A DNA stretch of 64,000 nucleotides from Octopus vulgaris (lineage: Eukaryota). Of this stretch, positions 26,820-41,707 are shown piece after piece. The notes under the pieces were generated by a model. It was not told where the DNA came from, did no database searches, and saw nothing but the letters and a program-made list of their open reading frames with translations. The stretch spans positions 56,978,001-57,042,000 of the forward strand of contig OX597824.1 in the NCBI GenBank assembly GCA_951406725.2, in the 5' to 3' direction. A program made the position numbers and the translations under genes. The number at the start of each line of letters is the position of its first letter. Within the stretch, counting starts at the first letter, position 1.

Positions 26820-27272
26820 TGTGTGTGTATATATATTTATATGTATATATATATATGTGTGTATGTTTATGTGTGTATGTGTATTTGTGTGTGAGATGTA
26901 GGCATGTATGTATGTAGACATGATATTAATTTGGCATTTATAGTTAACGTGAGTAAATTGCTTATTGAAAGCTGACGACAAAATTGGTTAACCAAGTGGA
27001 ACTTTTGAGTGTGTGTGTGTGTAGGTGTGTGTGTGTTTGTTAGCGTGTATCAACAAATTATATATATATATATATATATATATTTAGTTATATGTAATTT
27101 TATATGTGTAATCCTCTCTCATCTCTCAATACATATATTGTATGCATATGTGTGTATATATGCACACATATACACACATATGTGGACACTCATATATACA
27201 CACATATATATGTTTGTATGAACATATATTAATGTATGTATATGAGTGAGTTCGTGTGCATGCAAGCTCGCT

Positions 27273-27328
<56 letters not shown>

Positions 27329-27338
27329 GATATGTATG

Positions 27339-27370
<32 letters not shown>

Positions 27371-27712
27371 TGTATGTGTATGTATTATCGTATATATGAT
27401 TGTGAGTATATTGTATTTGTCATGATTTTCATATTTTATGTATTCTTTTAAAAAAAAATCTGTCATAAATTTCATGCTGACATGGTTTTACATATCTTTG
27501 GTGACATGTTCAGCTGACACGTGGTCTCTCTCTTGACGTGGAGTTCTGGGTGTTCTTTGTATGCATATATGTATATATGCATGTGTTTATAGGTGTACAT
27601 ACATACACATATATACATACACACACAATCACACATACATATATATATGTATATGTATGTGTATGAATACATGTATACACATAAACACATACACACACAC
27701 ACATATATATAT

Positions 27713-27768
<56 letters not shown>

Positions 27769-27794
27769 CTACGTGAGTGTGTGTGTGTGTGTGT

Positions 27795-30700
27795 ATAGTC
27801 AATCCAAGCAAGAACAAACAAGAAAAAAACAACAACGCGAGGATGTGGTAAAAGTACTGTTTTATTGGACGCTCAGGAAAGGAAAGAAAAGAAAGAGGAT
27901 TTCACGTTTCGAGCGGAGTTCTTCATCAGAAAAATTGAAAAAGTCTAGAGAAGGGAAGACGGAGAAAGAAAATCGCCAACGATACACACGCGGTCATATA
28001 TTGAAATGACCGGAAGGGAATAGGTGATGAAAGAATTCTTTCTAAGACAGGAGAGTGCAAGAGAAGGAGATATGTGTATGTATGTGTGGGTATGTGCGTG
28101 CGCGCCGGTCTGTGTGTTTGTTTGTGTGTAATGGTAGCACGTGTATGTATGTATGTGTGTGTGGTTGTGGCTGTTTATGTATGAGTGTGATGGGACTTTG
28201 TGTCACTTAGTGTCGTAGGAAAAATTTTGGTAGGAGTGGCTGTCTGTTGTGTTTCTCCCTTCACATGTACCTTAATCTGTGTGTGTGTGTGTGCGTGTAT
28301 GTGCGTGTGTGTGTCCATGTATGTATAATTGTGTGCGTGTATGTATGAGTGTGTATGGGAGGTATGTGTGGGTTCATTTGCGTGTGCGTTTGTATGTATG
28401 TGTGTGTGTATATGTGTGTGCGTGTGAGTACATGTGCGTGTGTACATGTGTGTGTATGTATGCGCGTGTGTATTGTGTGTGTGTGCATGTACGCGTGCCT
28501 GAGTATGTGTGCGCGCGTGTGTGTGAGCGAATGGTTGTGTGGAGAGGTATATGTACGTTTTTTACGTGTGTATGCGCATGCGTAGGTGTGCATGTGTATG
28601 TGCGTGTAGTTGTGTGTGTGTGAATGCGTGCGTGTGTACATGTGTGCGTGTGTGTGTATGCAGGTGAGTATACGTGTATGCCTGGGCTTGTAAGTGTTAG
28701 GTATGTGTGCATTCGTGTGCGTGTGCGCGCAGGCGACCGTGCGTGCGCGCGTGTATGTGTGCGTGTGGATGTATGTGCGTGTATATGTGTATGAGTATGT
28801 GTATGTGTGCGTGCGTGTATGTATATATTGTGTGTGTGTATGTATATGTATGTGTGTGTGTGTATGTGTGTATGTGAGTTTGTGTATGCGTGTGTGTGCT
28901 TACGTGCGTGAGTGTATGTGCGTGTGTTATGCCCATGTGTGTGTTATTTTGTGCGCGTCTGTATGAGTGTATGTGTGTATGTGTGCGTGTGTGTATATGT
29001 GTGTGTGCGTGTGTGTATGTTCGTGTGTGCATGTGTGTATGTGCGTGGCTGTGTATATGTGTGTTTGAACGTGGAGATGTGTGTCCAGTTATGTGTATGT
29101 TTGTGTATGTATGTGTATGTGGTTGTGCGTACGTGTATACGTTTATGTGTGCACGGGGTTGTGTGGGTTAGGTATGTGTGCATTCCTGTGCGTGTGTATG
29201 TTTGTGTACGTGTGTGTGTGCGCGCATGTATGTGTGTGCGCGTGGGTGTATGTGGGTGTGTGTGTATGCATGTGTGTGCATATGTGTGTGCGCGTGTATG
29301 CGCGTGTGCATGTGTATGTGCGTATGTGTATGTGTGTGTGTGTGTGGAAGTATATGTGTGTGTATGTGCATGTATGTGTTGTATGTGTGTGGTGTGTGTG
29401 GGAGGTATATGTGCGTTCATGTGTGTGCACGGGTGCGTGTATTTTTTCGTTTGTGTGTATATGTACGCGCGTGTGTGTATGTGTGCGTGTATATACAAAT
29501 AAAAAATATAATAAATTATGAAAAAATAAGGTTGAAAGGGAATAAAGAAGTTAACAATATAAAATAGCGCAATTAAAAACAAAAAATGAAAAATGAAATA
29601 AGGTCAAGGAATAAATAAGGTTGCCTTGTTGCAGGAGATTGTAGAGACAGTCAATAGAAGGAGGGGTTGTGTTTAGTCCGAAGGGGATAGTTGTTCATAT
29701 AACGCTGTTCCAGGCGGAGTCGCAAGTGTGCGGATCCGTAGTGCAGAGCGAGGCCAAAGACGGAGATGTTAGTAATGGAGTGGTTGGCTGGCTAAGCGGA
29801 AGTGACAGGCAACGGGAGTGTTCGAACGTAGCCGAATATCCCTTAGATGTTCGGTGAACCAGTCGGCCAGCTAGTGGCCCGTCTGACCCACATATAGTTT
29901 ACCACAGAGGTTGCAACTAATACAGTATATGAGGCTAGAAGAGGTGCAAGAGAAGGAATTTGTGATGCAAAGAGTGTACTGGTTGGAACCAGTGAGAGAA
30001 GTAGTGTTGGGAGGAAGGGGCAGGTGTGGCAGCGGGATCTGGATCACGTGAAGGATCCGGGGCTGGAGGGGAAGAGAAGGTGCTATGGACTAGAAAATCG
30101 CGTAGATTCAGGGTGCGTTTAAAGGAGGACAAGGGTGCGTTGGGGAAAATGGGGCGGGTGGTGGGATCGAGCTGGAGACGATGGAAGGCCCGAAAGATCC
30201 TCCAACGAAGGGGTAGGGTGGAGGGGTGGAAAACGAGGGGAAGATTGTGGTTAAGGGATTGGTGTGAAAAAGGAGAGAGGGTGGTGGTGCGATCTATTCG
30301 ACGAGCACGGACAAGGGCGGTTTCCTCGATGCATGAACAGGCGGGAAAGGGGGTATCCTCGATGCATGAACATGCGGGAAAGGTACTAGGACTGGGTCTC
30401 AAAAGCCTGGTCCCGGCTGCACAAACGTCGAGGGAGGAGGAACTGGGAGTAGGTTATGGTCTGTTTGGTGTGGAAGGGATGGGAGGAGGAGAAGTTGAGA
30501 TAGAGGTGGGAATCTCTAGGTTTGAAGAAGGTGGAGGTGGTGAGAGAGTGGGAGGGGTGGTCAATGGTAAGAGAGATATCAAGGAAGTTAACCGAGGTGT
30601 TAGAGATAGTAGAAGTAAACTGGAGAGAAGAGTGGAAGTTAGGAAGTGGCAGAGTTGTTCACGGCAGAGGGAGGTGGCATCTATACAGTCGTTTATGTAG

Positions 30701-31040
30701 CAACCGTATAACTGTGGTGTCGGCGAAATTGGATCCCATTCTCGTTCCCATCGCGACCTCAGACTACTGTTGGTAGGTTTCCCCGGCGAACGTAAAGCAG
30801 TTGAGGGTGAGGACGAACTCTGCCAGGCGAAGAAGTGTGGAGGTGCTGGGTGTGGGGTCAGGGCAACAGTCAAGGAAGTATTGGAGGGCTAAGAGACCGA
30901 CGTTGTGGGGAATCGTCGTGTATAGGGATTTTAATGTCCAAGGTGAAGAGGAGGTGTGAGGGACCGGGAGGGAAGGAAAAGAATTGAAGAGGCGAAGGGC
31001 GTGATTAGTGTCGTGTATGTGGGATGGGAGGGTAGTAGAC
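27795..31040 (-). mobile_element. Degenerate Penelope-like retroelement: RT, C-terminal GIY-YIG, low-complexity 3' region and terminal HHR-like motif
   Basis: Minus-strand LFTLDIK/SLYTTIP (~30910-30950), VAMGTRMGSNFAD (~30720-30757), YGCYINDC, FLDIS, LIYCISCNLCGKLYVGQTG (~29878-29933); terminal CTGATGAAGAACTCCGCTCGAAACG at ~27905-27929. Linking across the TG-rich 28070-29500 tract is inferred. Confidence 0.8.
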
Positions 31041-31254
31041 AGGATGCGGTCTTTTATTTGTTTCTGTCAGTAGACTGCGACTCTGAATTGGATCTGCCTT
31101 CAAGGATTTTGTGGAGCAAACGTTTTGCCATACCAGGGTCATAAACAAAGCAAATAATGGTGGGAGTCAAGCACAGAGTCACTCACAGATACACATACAG
31201 AAATACACAGCCATGCAAATACAATGAAACACACAGAAATCCCATCCCCTCACA

Positions 31255-31408
31255 TATACGATGGGCTTGACACAGTTTCCGTCTACCAAATTCATTCAGA
31301 AGGCATTGGTCGGCTCAAGGCTATAAGTAGAAGAAACATGCCGAAGGTGCTGCACAATGGGACTGAACTCGCAACCACGTGACTGCAAAGGGAGTTTCTT
31401 AACCACTA
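31255..31408 (-). mobile_element. SINE family B, 5' half, diverged
   Basis: CAGTTTCCGTCTACCAAAT...GGGACTGAAC. Confidence 0.7.
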
Positions 31409-32324
31409 TATATTTATGGGCCTTCGCCAATAAGTATGTGTGAGTGAGTGAGTGTGTGTGTGTGTGTATACGCACATATTTATGAATATGTATATATGTA
31501 TGTGTCTGTATACATACATATACATGCATATGTCTATACACACAATCACACACGCATCAATGTCTGTTTTTTTGTGCAGTTGTAATAAAAACAATTTTAC
31601 ATTAATCTGATGGGTTACTTTTGTAGAGTACAAATCTATTGTTCTTGTACAAGATTGTTATTCACAGTAACTTCGAAGTTTCGGCCAGCTTAGCCATCGT
31701 CGGAATGTCTGTCGTATATATACACATATGTATATGTGTGTGGTGCATATTTGTGTCAAAATGTTTAATTGTATTTCTTAATTAAAAGTTAATGTCCTTC
31801 TTAGCTTCCCACTAATGTTATTTGTTAAACCCAGTACCGGCTCTTTTCCGGCAAACCTCCCATCCTTCACATCATTCGATTTTTTTTTATACCTAAGAGT
31901 TTCAGTTTATTTTGTGATTTGAGACAGATGTAGTTCCTTATTCTAGTAAGTTGACCCACATCGTAGAAGCTCCTTTCTTGTTTTGTATGTTAGTTGATGA
32001 TTATTAGGATCTTCATTGCACCATGTTGTGTAATTGGTCAAACTTCTTAAGAAATGGAGTGACCTAATGGATATGTGGCCTGAATCTCGTCATTTTAAGC
32101 AGTAGTAACTCTGTGTGAATAACGAGTGTGTTTTTCAGACTCAGACTGCCAAGTAAATGCCAGTTTTTCACACTAGAGCACTTAACCGCGATAGACTTGT
32201 ACCATTGCAACGGGAGCTGTTCCTTATGAAAGTCAGCTCAGATAAGATTCCACCTGGTGATTCTCAGAGGTTTGTGTTGGGACAAACTTCTGATTCGAAT
32301 CGCAAGAACTGGTCATGTGTGTGT

Positions 32325-32457
<133 letters not shown>

Positions 32458-32469
32458 TATATATATACA

Positions 32470-34190
32470 CTAGCATCATGACCCGGCGTTGCCGGGTCAT
32501 AGTGCTAGTGCATGTATATATGTGTATATATATATATGTGTACATATTATATGTACATCTATATATATGCATCTACACATAAAATACAAAATACAATGTT
32601 ATATCTTGATATCGCTAATGATAACAATACTCAAAATATATAACAGACTGGAATTGTAGGCCCGTCTCTTGCAATTTCGATCAATTGTATCTTGTCCTCC
32701 CTCTTGTATAGAAGTGTGGCTACAATCCAGCCTACCTCTACTTCTGGTGGGGACATTTTAAATTTTTACCCCGGGATGTCCTACGTCCCAGATATAAAGG
32801 TAAAAATAAAATATTTTCACTTTGCAAGGTTCGAGTCGAGTACTCCCTTGCACACTCTGTTGACTCGAACGTTGCTTCTATTGTGGCGAATTTACCGCCT
32901 CTGGTTAGATATCTTTCATAGTCGCACCAAGACACTTTTCGATGGTGCTTTCCTCCAGGTGTTCAAATCTTTTTTTTCTCTACATTGTATACTTCATAGA
33001 CAATAGTCTTTTCTTTAATTTTATTTTTTATTTCGTTTGGTGGTGTTATCCTATATTCATCGTCTTTGTCGGTGATCAATCCGAAATAGGTTTGTATTTC
33101 TTCCATTTTAATTTTAATGAGTTCGCGCCCGCCGACGGCTGCAGCGAAATTCGTTTTTCGACTTTCTTCTATCGAAGACATTTTAGCAAAAATGCTTCCG
33201 TATAAACGGTGAAAATATTGTCAATTTCCCCAAACAGGGACACAATTCACTTTTTAAACAATAACCAAAGCTCCTTCTCCCAAAGGGGGAGGGTTACGGT
33301 TTAGAATTATTTAACAAATGCAACACAACAACGCTTACCTTACGAGGAACCAACAAACGTGATAACAATAGTTAAACAGTAATAATAATAACAAACCTTA
33401 CGGTGAATCAAAAAGCAGTACGCAGTTGAAGCTATAGTCCTTTATGCATAAGAAATAAACCAATATAAGAAATACTCAGTAGAACGTCTGTTCCACGAAA
33501 CAGACATTACATACAGCAATATTTCATATAGATATTTAATGCTAGCTAATTAGCAGATAATCTAATGTAAAAGCCGTGGTAAAGAGTATGTGCACAGCTC
33601 CATCTGGACTATTCCATTTATGCACACTAATTTTATTTTTAATTTATTCCCATTTATGTGAAGCCACTTATTCAAGTTCAAGTCATTGATGCAATTTTAT
33701 ACCAATTGCTATTGTTACTTTTAATTGTTATGTTACGATTTAATTATTATAATATACTTTAGTTTCATTTTAATTATTACTTACTACATATAATTCAATT
33801 TTTATTATTATCTCTAATTGTTATTGTTAAAGTGAAAGTATCTGACATAAAATAGAGAAATGTTTTTGTTTCACTTTTAACACGTAATACTGAAATAGTG
33901 GAGAAGATATGATATTGCTATGGGCTCGCCCTAGGCAAGAAGTTGAACATCTTTTTTGCCCATGAAACTACATGGACCCTAAGTAAGGCATGTGTAAAAT
34001 TTGAATGAAAATGGTTGTGTAGTTCTCAAGTTTTAGGGAATCATAGTGGAGAAGATATGATATTGCTGTGGGCTCGCCCTAGGCAAAAAGTTAAAAATTT
34101 TTTTTGCCGATGACACTCCCTGGACCCTAAGTAAGGGAAACACACAGACAGACAGACATACACACATTCTCAGCTTTATATATATAGAGA
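32470..34190 (-). mobile_element. Probable non-autonomous Helitron (both termini visible; interior assignment uncertain)
   Basis: Minus strand begins A^TCTCTATATATATAAAGCTG (34190) and ends with hairpin ACCCGGCAACGCCGGGT plus CTAG^T (32470); internal ~95-bp duplication 33895-33988/34043-34137. Confidence 0.6.
32655..33181 (-). pseudogene. Frameshifted coding remnant, possibly LINE ORF1-like
   Basis: Joined frames: MSSIEESRKTNFAAAV...KTIVYEVYNVEKKK / RGGKFATIEATFESTECAREYSTRTLQSENILFLPLYLGRRTSR / PEVEVGWIVATLLY; non-repetitive composition. Confidence 0.45.
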
Positions 34191-35734
34191 TATATATGTA
34201 TGTGTGTGTGAGTATGTGTGCGCGTGTGTGCGTATGTGTGTGTGTATAGAAACACAGGCATATATATATATATATATATATATGTCTGTGTTTCTATACA
34301 CATATATATGTGTATATATATATATGTATATATATATGCGCACACACAGACACACACACAGGCACCAACACACATCTATATACATATATATTTGTGCTTG
34401 TGCCTCTGTGTATGTTTGTATCTGTTCGTGTGCACTTATATGTATATAAGAGTGTGCGTGTACTTGTGTGCGCGTGTGTGTGCGATAGAGAGAGAGTAGA
34501 ATGAGAGAGGGAGAGCGAGAGAGAACTAGAGAGAGAGAGAGGGAGAGCGAGAGAGAGAGAGAGAGATGTGTGTGTGACCACATGTGTGTAGTTGTGTCAT
34601 TTTTGACGGAACATGAAACTATGTGTGCAATGTGGAAACTAGAAGCTACCGTTAATATGGAAATATTTATTTCATTTACTCAGTCCCGCAGGTCTTATTA
34701 GATCTGTCACTTACTGTGCCACTTCTACAGGCTTTTAACGGAATTATTGGATTATCCACTCAATCACCTGGTAAGGATTTTAAAGATTTTACGCAAGCTG
34801 GTTTCATAAAATTACCCCGAAACACACAAACAAGTCTTTTTTTAAAATTTAACGTTTTCCTGTTAATGTAAATTTATTATTAAAATGGTTTTTCCAGAAT
34901 GCTGGAATAGCAAGCGCGATAGAGTTGGCACAAATAAATGCCATATAGGATTTAGTTACTTTCTAAGAAAACAAAAACAAAAAAAGGAAAAAAAGCTGTG
35001 GGTGATATTTACTTTCATCTAGCTGCTGTTGTTGTTGTTGTGACGGCCCAGGTCATTTTCTAGTTCAGCAGAACTTTGGCAGAAAGGTAGCAGCTGAGAT
35101 ACTAGTTGTGACCCATATCTAATGGTCCAGATACATTCAGCCTTTGCTAACAAGGGTGAATTTAGTCGACTATATCTGATTCCCGTGGGCGATTCAATTG
35201 GGAATCGGTACAAGTCTTGGCGCCCGAGAAGAATATAGTTCTGTATCTTATGGCATAGAGAAAGTGAGAGTTGTCACATGACTTTCCATACATTGAAATG
35301 ATTGGATTTTGAATGCTTTTCTTCCTCAAAAAGAAATGAAATCAGAAAACATGACAGTGGATTTCATTAGCATACGTGAAGAAACATGCCACAAACAGCT
35401 AATGATAATGTAATTGCCAGCATATGTGTTAATTTGCCGATCCAAGAAGGTTACAATTGTTCATTCCATCTAATATTTATTCATGACCATTCCGTTGTAA
35501 TTTCTGACATGGTGTATTTTGGATCGCAACATCTATCGTGGGCGTACTTATTTAAGAAGGTAAGGTGCAGATACAGCGATCACTCAATAATTGATTTTTG
35601 TTCATTAAACAATACTAGTGATCGAATCCTCATCAATTATATATTTTTAGAACTGTATATACTATTTTGTTTTTATGACCGGGTTCCGATCTGGACCGCA
35701 ATAACAAAGTCCACCTCCACCACATCACTGCTTC

Positions 35735-35885
35735 GAGGTCCTGGAAACATTCCAGTCCGGTGTCTGCGATCAAGTTGTTGACGACGTTTTCCTATTCTTA
35801 CATCATGAACTGGGTTCCCCAAGATTAATTTGGATTCTTGCAGGTGAAGGTGACGCACGCAGTGACCAAATAGTCGCATATATCA
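35735..35885 (-). mobile_element. RTE-like RT C-terminal fragment
   Basis: RLFGHCVRHLHLQESKLILGNPVH resembles the RLxxxGHxxR...ILWxP motif. Confidence 0.55.
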
Positions 35886-37046
35886 ATGTTTTGATAATCG
35901 CTTATATCAATAAATATGGTTTGGCCGACCCTAACCAAATGAGAAATTAAACTTAAAACCTTTATAGATATGCCCGAGATTGAGTCGAAGTCAAACGTTG
36001 GTCGGCTGGGAGGGCGTAGTAGGTTATTCCGATTCCATACTTGATTATTACATTATTTAATTGAAACCAAATAGATTAATGGCTGTGTCGATCTCGGTGG
36101 AATATGAACTCAAAGCATAAGCACTACAATACCGGAAGACTACGTGTCACCAGTGTCAACGAAAAACATTCTATTGTGAGAAGAAATTCCAGAGCTTCAG
36201 ATAAATCTGAGTTTACTCTGACAGGATTTGAACTCTGACCATTTGAGTAATTAATTGCCATTTAGTAAAATAGTTGTATTCATCCCTAATGGTGTTGATC
36301 AAAACTCCTTGGTTTACTACATAAATCAAGCTAACATACACTTTACTAATTAAAGTAGTCAAACTTTGACTGTGTTAAGGAGATAACTAGGTAGTATTTA
36401 AGTGGTTAATTGGCCTGATAGAAATAGTTGCCAAATCTTCCGTAAATCACAATTTATTGTCTAAAAGAATCAGAAGGATATATTTCGTAATGTAATTCTA
36501 TTATAATGGGGCTTGCTTGATCATGTCGACCTAGGGTTAAATAAAACCAACATTACAATTAGAATAAGAATGTAGCGAGACTTAACAGATTTTTCATCAG
36601 TTCAAGGTTAGCAACTTTTGCTGACTTAGAATCCTCTGAATTTCCCTGGAGACTTTCAGGAATTAAAGCAGCAGTAATAAGTCTGTTCTTTCGAAACATT
36701 TAGAATTCAATTAACATTTTATATTATTTTCCCGTTTTTCATTTTTTTCTTCCTTCCGTTAGAAAGTTCTGTCTACCGTGAAATTAAGTCTTTGTCGCTC
36801 AGTCATATACGGATATCGATGTATACATACATATATATATAGCATACACACACACACTCGCATCTCTGTGTGTGTGTGTGTGTGTGCTATCGTTCTATGT
36901 GTTTGTGGATATATGAATATAAGTATATATTTAAGCTTGTTCGTTATTTGTTAATTTGTTAAATGCAAATAATGAAAGCACGGACGTATATGTAATTCTG
37001 TAGATCTGTTTACACACGCGCGCACACATACACGCGTGCACATACA

Positions 37047-37078
<32 letters not shown>

Positions 37079-37954
37079 TCACACATGTATTTATGGTGGA
37101 TGTCGACTGGCTCACTTATGACCACCTTTCGTGCTAACATTACAATAGTAGTGTCCCCCACTACTCTCATTAGCTCCAACGACGACACACACCATATTAT
37201 GACATCCCTTAGACACGGAAGGTACCTCAATGAAAGTCACAAACATATAGACCAACGGTAATTTATTTCCGCTTGTATTTCGCGCGCTTGTGAGCCGGGG
37301 AACTATGTAAGTGGAAGTATTTCATTGGCGCCAATGTGTGTGACACTCCAAGCATCACAACGAAAGGGCTGTTGTCGGTTGTGATTCTAAGAAACGTGAG
37401 TCATGAATGATGACAGCACTATAAGTACCTTCACATCGAATTTGATGGTGACAAACGAGTTTCACTGGCTAAATGTTTATAGTCGTTAAATTGGCAACAA
37501 GCAAAGACAAAGCTCCAAAAATCCTCCGAGAGCAAAAATTTCGTAAAGGGACAAAACAAAACAGGAAATATGGTCAGAGAACAATCATCGCAAGTTTTAC
37601 ATGTACCTTAACATGATTTGAAACCAGAACGTAATGAGTCATAAACTAAATCCTGAATTTTAACCATTTTGTCAGTTCACTGCCTTGATTCAACAAAACA
37701 ATGAGGAAAAACATCTCAGTCGTGACCAGCCCATCATTTTGTTTTTATATTCACAACTATACTGCCCAATGTATCCATTCTTTTCTCTAAGATGACGGTG
37801 TTATTTGAGGGAGATTTGGCGACTATTTCTAGTCGACTAGGTAGATGTTCGCATGTTATCACCTGACATCAATTATTTCATTACTCTTCAAAATATACTT
37901 TTTCTTGAGAAGTTTTATGGTTTTTGTAAGACTTTACATTCTACTAGCATAAAT

Positions 37955-38970
37955 GCGAAGTGGTATCAAAAGCTTCCCGGACTAGTTCTGTAGTGTGCCC
38001 GAGTGACATCGCTGTGTTTACTTTACAAGTTGTGAAATTTGTGTTTTTGCGATCACGTGTATACTGAAGACTGCGATCTTGTCATGGACAGGAAGTTGGA
38101 ATAAAGAGCCAACGTAAAATTTTATGTTAAACTTGAGAAGTCTACTACAAAAACATTGAGCATTCTTCAATAAGCTTACCGCGACGTGACAATGGGTCAT
38201 ACGCAATGTTTTGAGTGGCACAGCAGCTTCAAAAGCGAGAAAACGTCCCTGGAAGGCGATAAACAATCTGGAAGATCTGCTTCAAGTGTCACCACCAGGA
38301 ATGTGGGTAAAATTCACCAGCTTGTGCATGAATCATTGGAGTAAAACCAAAGACATGTTGTTGGTCTGTCGTGTGTGTCCGTGCAGGCAATCCTAACGTC
38401 TGAATTGAACATGTGGCGTGTCTCTATATGAACAGAAAGAACATCTCCACGACCGCAGAAAGCACGACAAAGCTGCAGCTCAATCAAGAGCTTGCTCATC
38501 GTTTTTTCGACATCTGCGGTATTGTACATCAAGAATTCATTCTCCAGAGCCAGACCATTGATCGAGAGTTCTATTACGACGTTTTGAAGTGTTTGAATCC
38601 ACAGATTCGGCGACAGCGACCGGATCTGTGGAGTGCGAAGAACTGGATTCTTCACAACGACAATACATTCTTTCACCGAGCTCTTCTCATTTGTGAGGTT
38701 CTCGCCAAAAACATGGTATCGCTTCCGCACCTACCCTATTTGAAAGATTTATCACCTGCTGACTTCATCTCTTCCCCAAGATGAAAATGCAGCTCAGAGG
38801 TTACCATTTTAACACTGTTGTTGATAACTAGAGGAAATCGCAGAAGTTCCTCAACTCACTTACGGAAAACGACTTCCAGGCCGGATTCCAAAAGTGGCAG
38901 GAACACTGGGACCGGTGTATTGCTGCGTAAGGTGACTATTTCGAAGGAGATTATGTTAAAACTTTGGTAA
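37955..38970 (+). mobile_element. Degenerate mariner (DD34D-type) transposon
   Basis: FFDICGIVHQEF, WILHNDN, HLPYLKDLSPADF (cf. HPPYSPDLAPxDF), terminal GDYFEGD; left TIR-like CGAAGTGGTATCAAAAGCTTCCCGGACT. Confidence 0.85.
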
Positions 38971-39227
38971 ATAACACCTCGCACTAGCGATGGGTCGTCT
39001 ACGTTGTCCTTTTTTCTATGAGAAAAAGCAGCCAATATCCCTTTAATTATATCCGACAATTTTGAAAACGGAAGGAGGTATTGGATAATGTCGTCCTAGA
39101 TATATGATGGTTGAAAAATAGCCGATAGGATGGTCATGAGTGAAATGCTTTTGATCATGTATCTGCTGGGTCTGAGCTAAACAACAAGACCACCGAGAAC
39201 AACAACCAACACAAAATAAAAATATTG

Positions 39228-39429
39228 GTTTCATATTTTGGTACAAGGCCAGCAATTTGAGGGAATGGCTAAGTCGATTACATCGACCCCAGTGTCCAAC
39301 TGGTACTTATTTTATCGACCTTGAAAGGATGAAAGGCAAAGTCGGAATTTGACTCAGACCGCAAAGACGGATGAAATGCCGCTAGGCATTTTGCCCGGTG
39401 TGCTAACGATTCTGTTTGCTCACCGCCTT
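39228..39429 (-). mobile_element. SINE family A
   Basis: CAAGGCCAGCAATTT...CATCGACCCCAGTG...CTCACCGCCTT. Confidence 0.85.
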
Positions 39430-39751
39430 ATGCTATAATTGCTCCCTCGTAAACTGTAAAAAGAATGTAGGACTTTATTCAGCAAAAGCCGAAATCAAAA
39501 TCCAGACGGGCCTAAAGCTGACTTACGATGGAACAAACACAATTCTAAAACGAAAATCCAAGTATTTGATCCAGTATTTATAACAAAAGGAACACTATAC
39601 CTACTATTTACTAAATAAGTGCTTAATGTCAACAGACATCTCACTACTTTTCTTTTTAATTCAAGCCTGATGCTTATTCTATCGGTCTTTCTCGCCTAGT
39701 AAAGAAGGACGTAAGAAAACCAAACGGTGGAGGGAGACACACAATGGCATA

Positions 39752-39794
<43 letters not shown>

Positions 39795-40236
39795 ATCTAT
39801 TAACGACGGGGTTTCTTTGAGTTTTCAACGACCAAATGCACTCAAAAAGCTTAGGTCGGCTTGGAGCTGTGGTAGATGAGACTAAGCTAAGATGCAACAG
39901 AATAAGAAACAAACGTCTTACCACACAGCCACGACTATAAACCATTGTCTTACCTACAGTGACCTATCCAAACGTTCAATTCTTTATAGATTTAATAGCT
40001 TCTAATTTAGGTACAAGGCCAGCAATTTTGAGGGGAGGGACTAAGTCAATACCATCGACGTCTTAATAGTGGATCATGTTAATAGTTTAAAATCTTATTA
40101 TATTTGCAGACATCGTTGTTTTGTCTGCTGTGAATCATCGAGTCTGAAATTTCCCCAACATTTCTCACAAAGAAAAAGTCACAATTACAACAAATGTGTG
40201 TGTATGTATGCGTATGTATATGAATACGTATTTCTG

Positions 40237-40290
<54 letters not shown>

Positions 40291-40377
40291 ACAAAAATAT
40301 TTACACTCATGCACATACGCATATATTTATATATGCATAGATGCTTATCTATATCTCTCGCTCTCTCGCTCTCTCTT

Positions 40378-40418
<41 letters not shown>

Positions 40419-40421
<3 letters not shown>

Positions 40422-40710
40422 AGTAATGGTAAGACAACAAAAGATATTATATTAAAAGGGGAATGTATTTGTAATATAATATGTGACAAATTATTCGGTT
40501 GCCATGATAAAACTCCGAGTTTCGGATGTCGGGGCGGAAACCTGCACCGGCATCTCTTCTCGATAATTGAAGAGATGCTGGTGCAGGTTTCCGCCACAAC
40601 ATCCGAAACACGGAGTTTTATCATGGCAACCGAATAATTTGTCACATATTATATTACAAATAAATTCCTCTATTTATATAATATCTTTTGTGGTCTTACC
40701 ATTACTATTA
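40419..40710. mobile_element. Fold-back PLE-terminus module with HHR-like motif, in (TA)n
   Basis: About 140-bp arms 40419-40558/40569-40710; plus-strand GAUAA-UUGAAGA-stem II-GAAA-CACGGAG-UU-UUAUC at 40562-40622. Confidence 0.8.
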
Positions 40711-40735
40711 ATATATATATGTATATATATATGTA

Positions 40736-41125
<390 letters not shown>

Positions 41126-41137
41126 TATGTACATATA

Positions 41138-41186
<49 letters not shown>

Positions 41187-41542
41187 ATATGCGTGTGTGT
41201 GTATGTATGTGTGAACACACATACCCTCATATCTCATGATGTTTAGATGTTAAAAGCATGGAAGGTTTATCCAACACTCGTCGTTCAATGAACCTTACAC
41301 AGCCGCTTTAGCTGTCTAGATTACTGATAGCCAAAAATAACAGTAGAAAGTAGCTTATTACAGACACTATGGACTTCTAGTGACACTGTTTCAGACAACA
41401 ACTGTATAAATACAGACTTTACTGCTGTAAGGCAGATGTCTTTCGTTGGGCATCATTGCAATAATTCACATACTGTATGTATGCATGTATGTGTGTTTCT
41501 CTGTGTGTGTATGTATGTATGTATATCGGTATGTATGTGTGT

Positions 41543-41626
<84 letters not shown>

Positions 41627-41649
41627 TATGGTCATACACGTGCATTTAT

Positions 41650-41707
<58 letters not shown>

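Noticed and set aside
30026-30776. Plus-strand ORFs of 224 aa and 84 aa
   Set aside because: Antisense shadow of the minus-strand PLE RT remnant.
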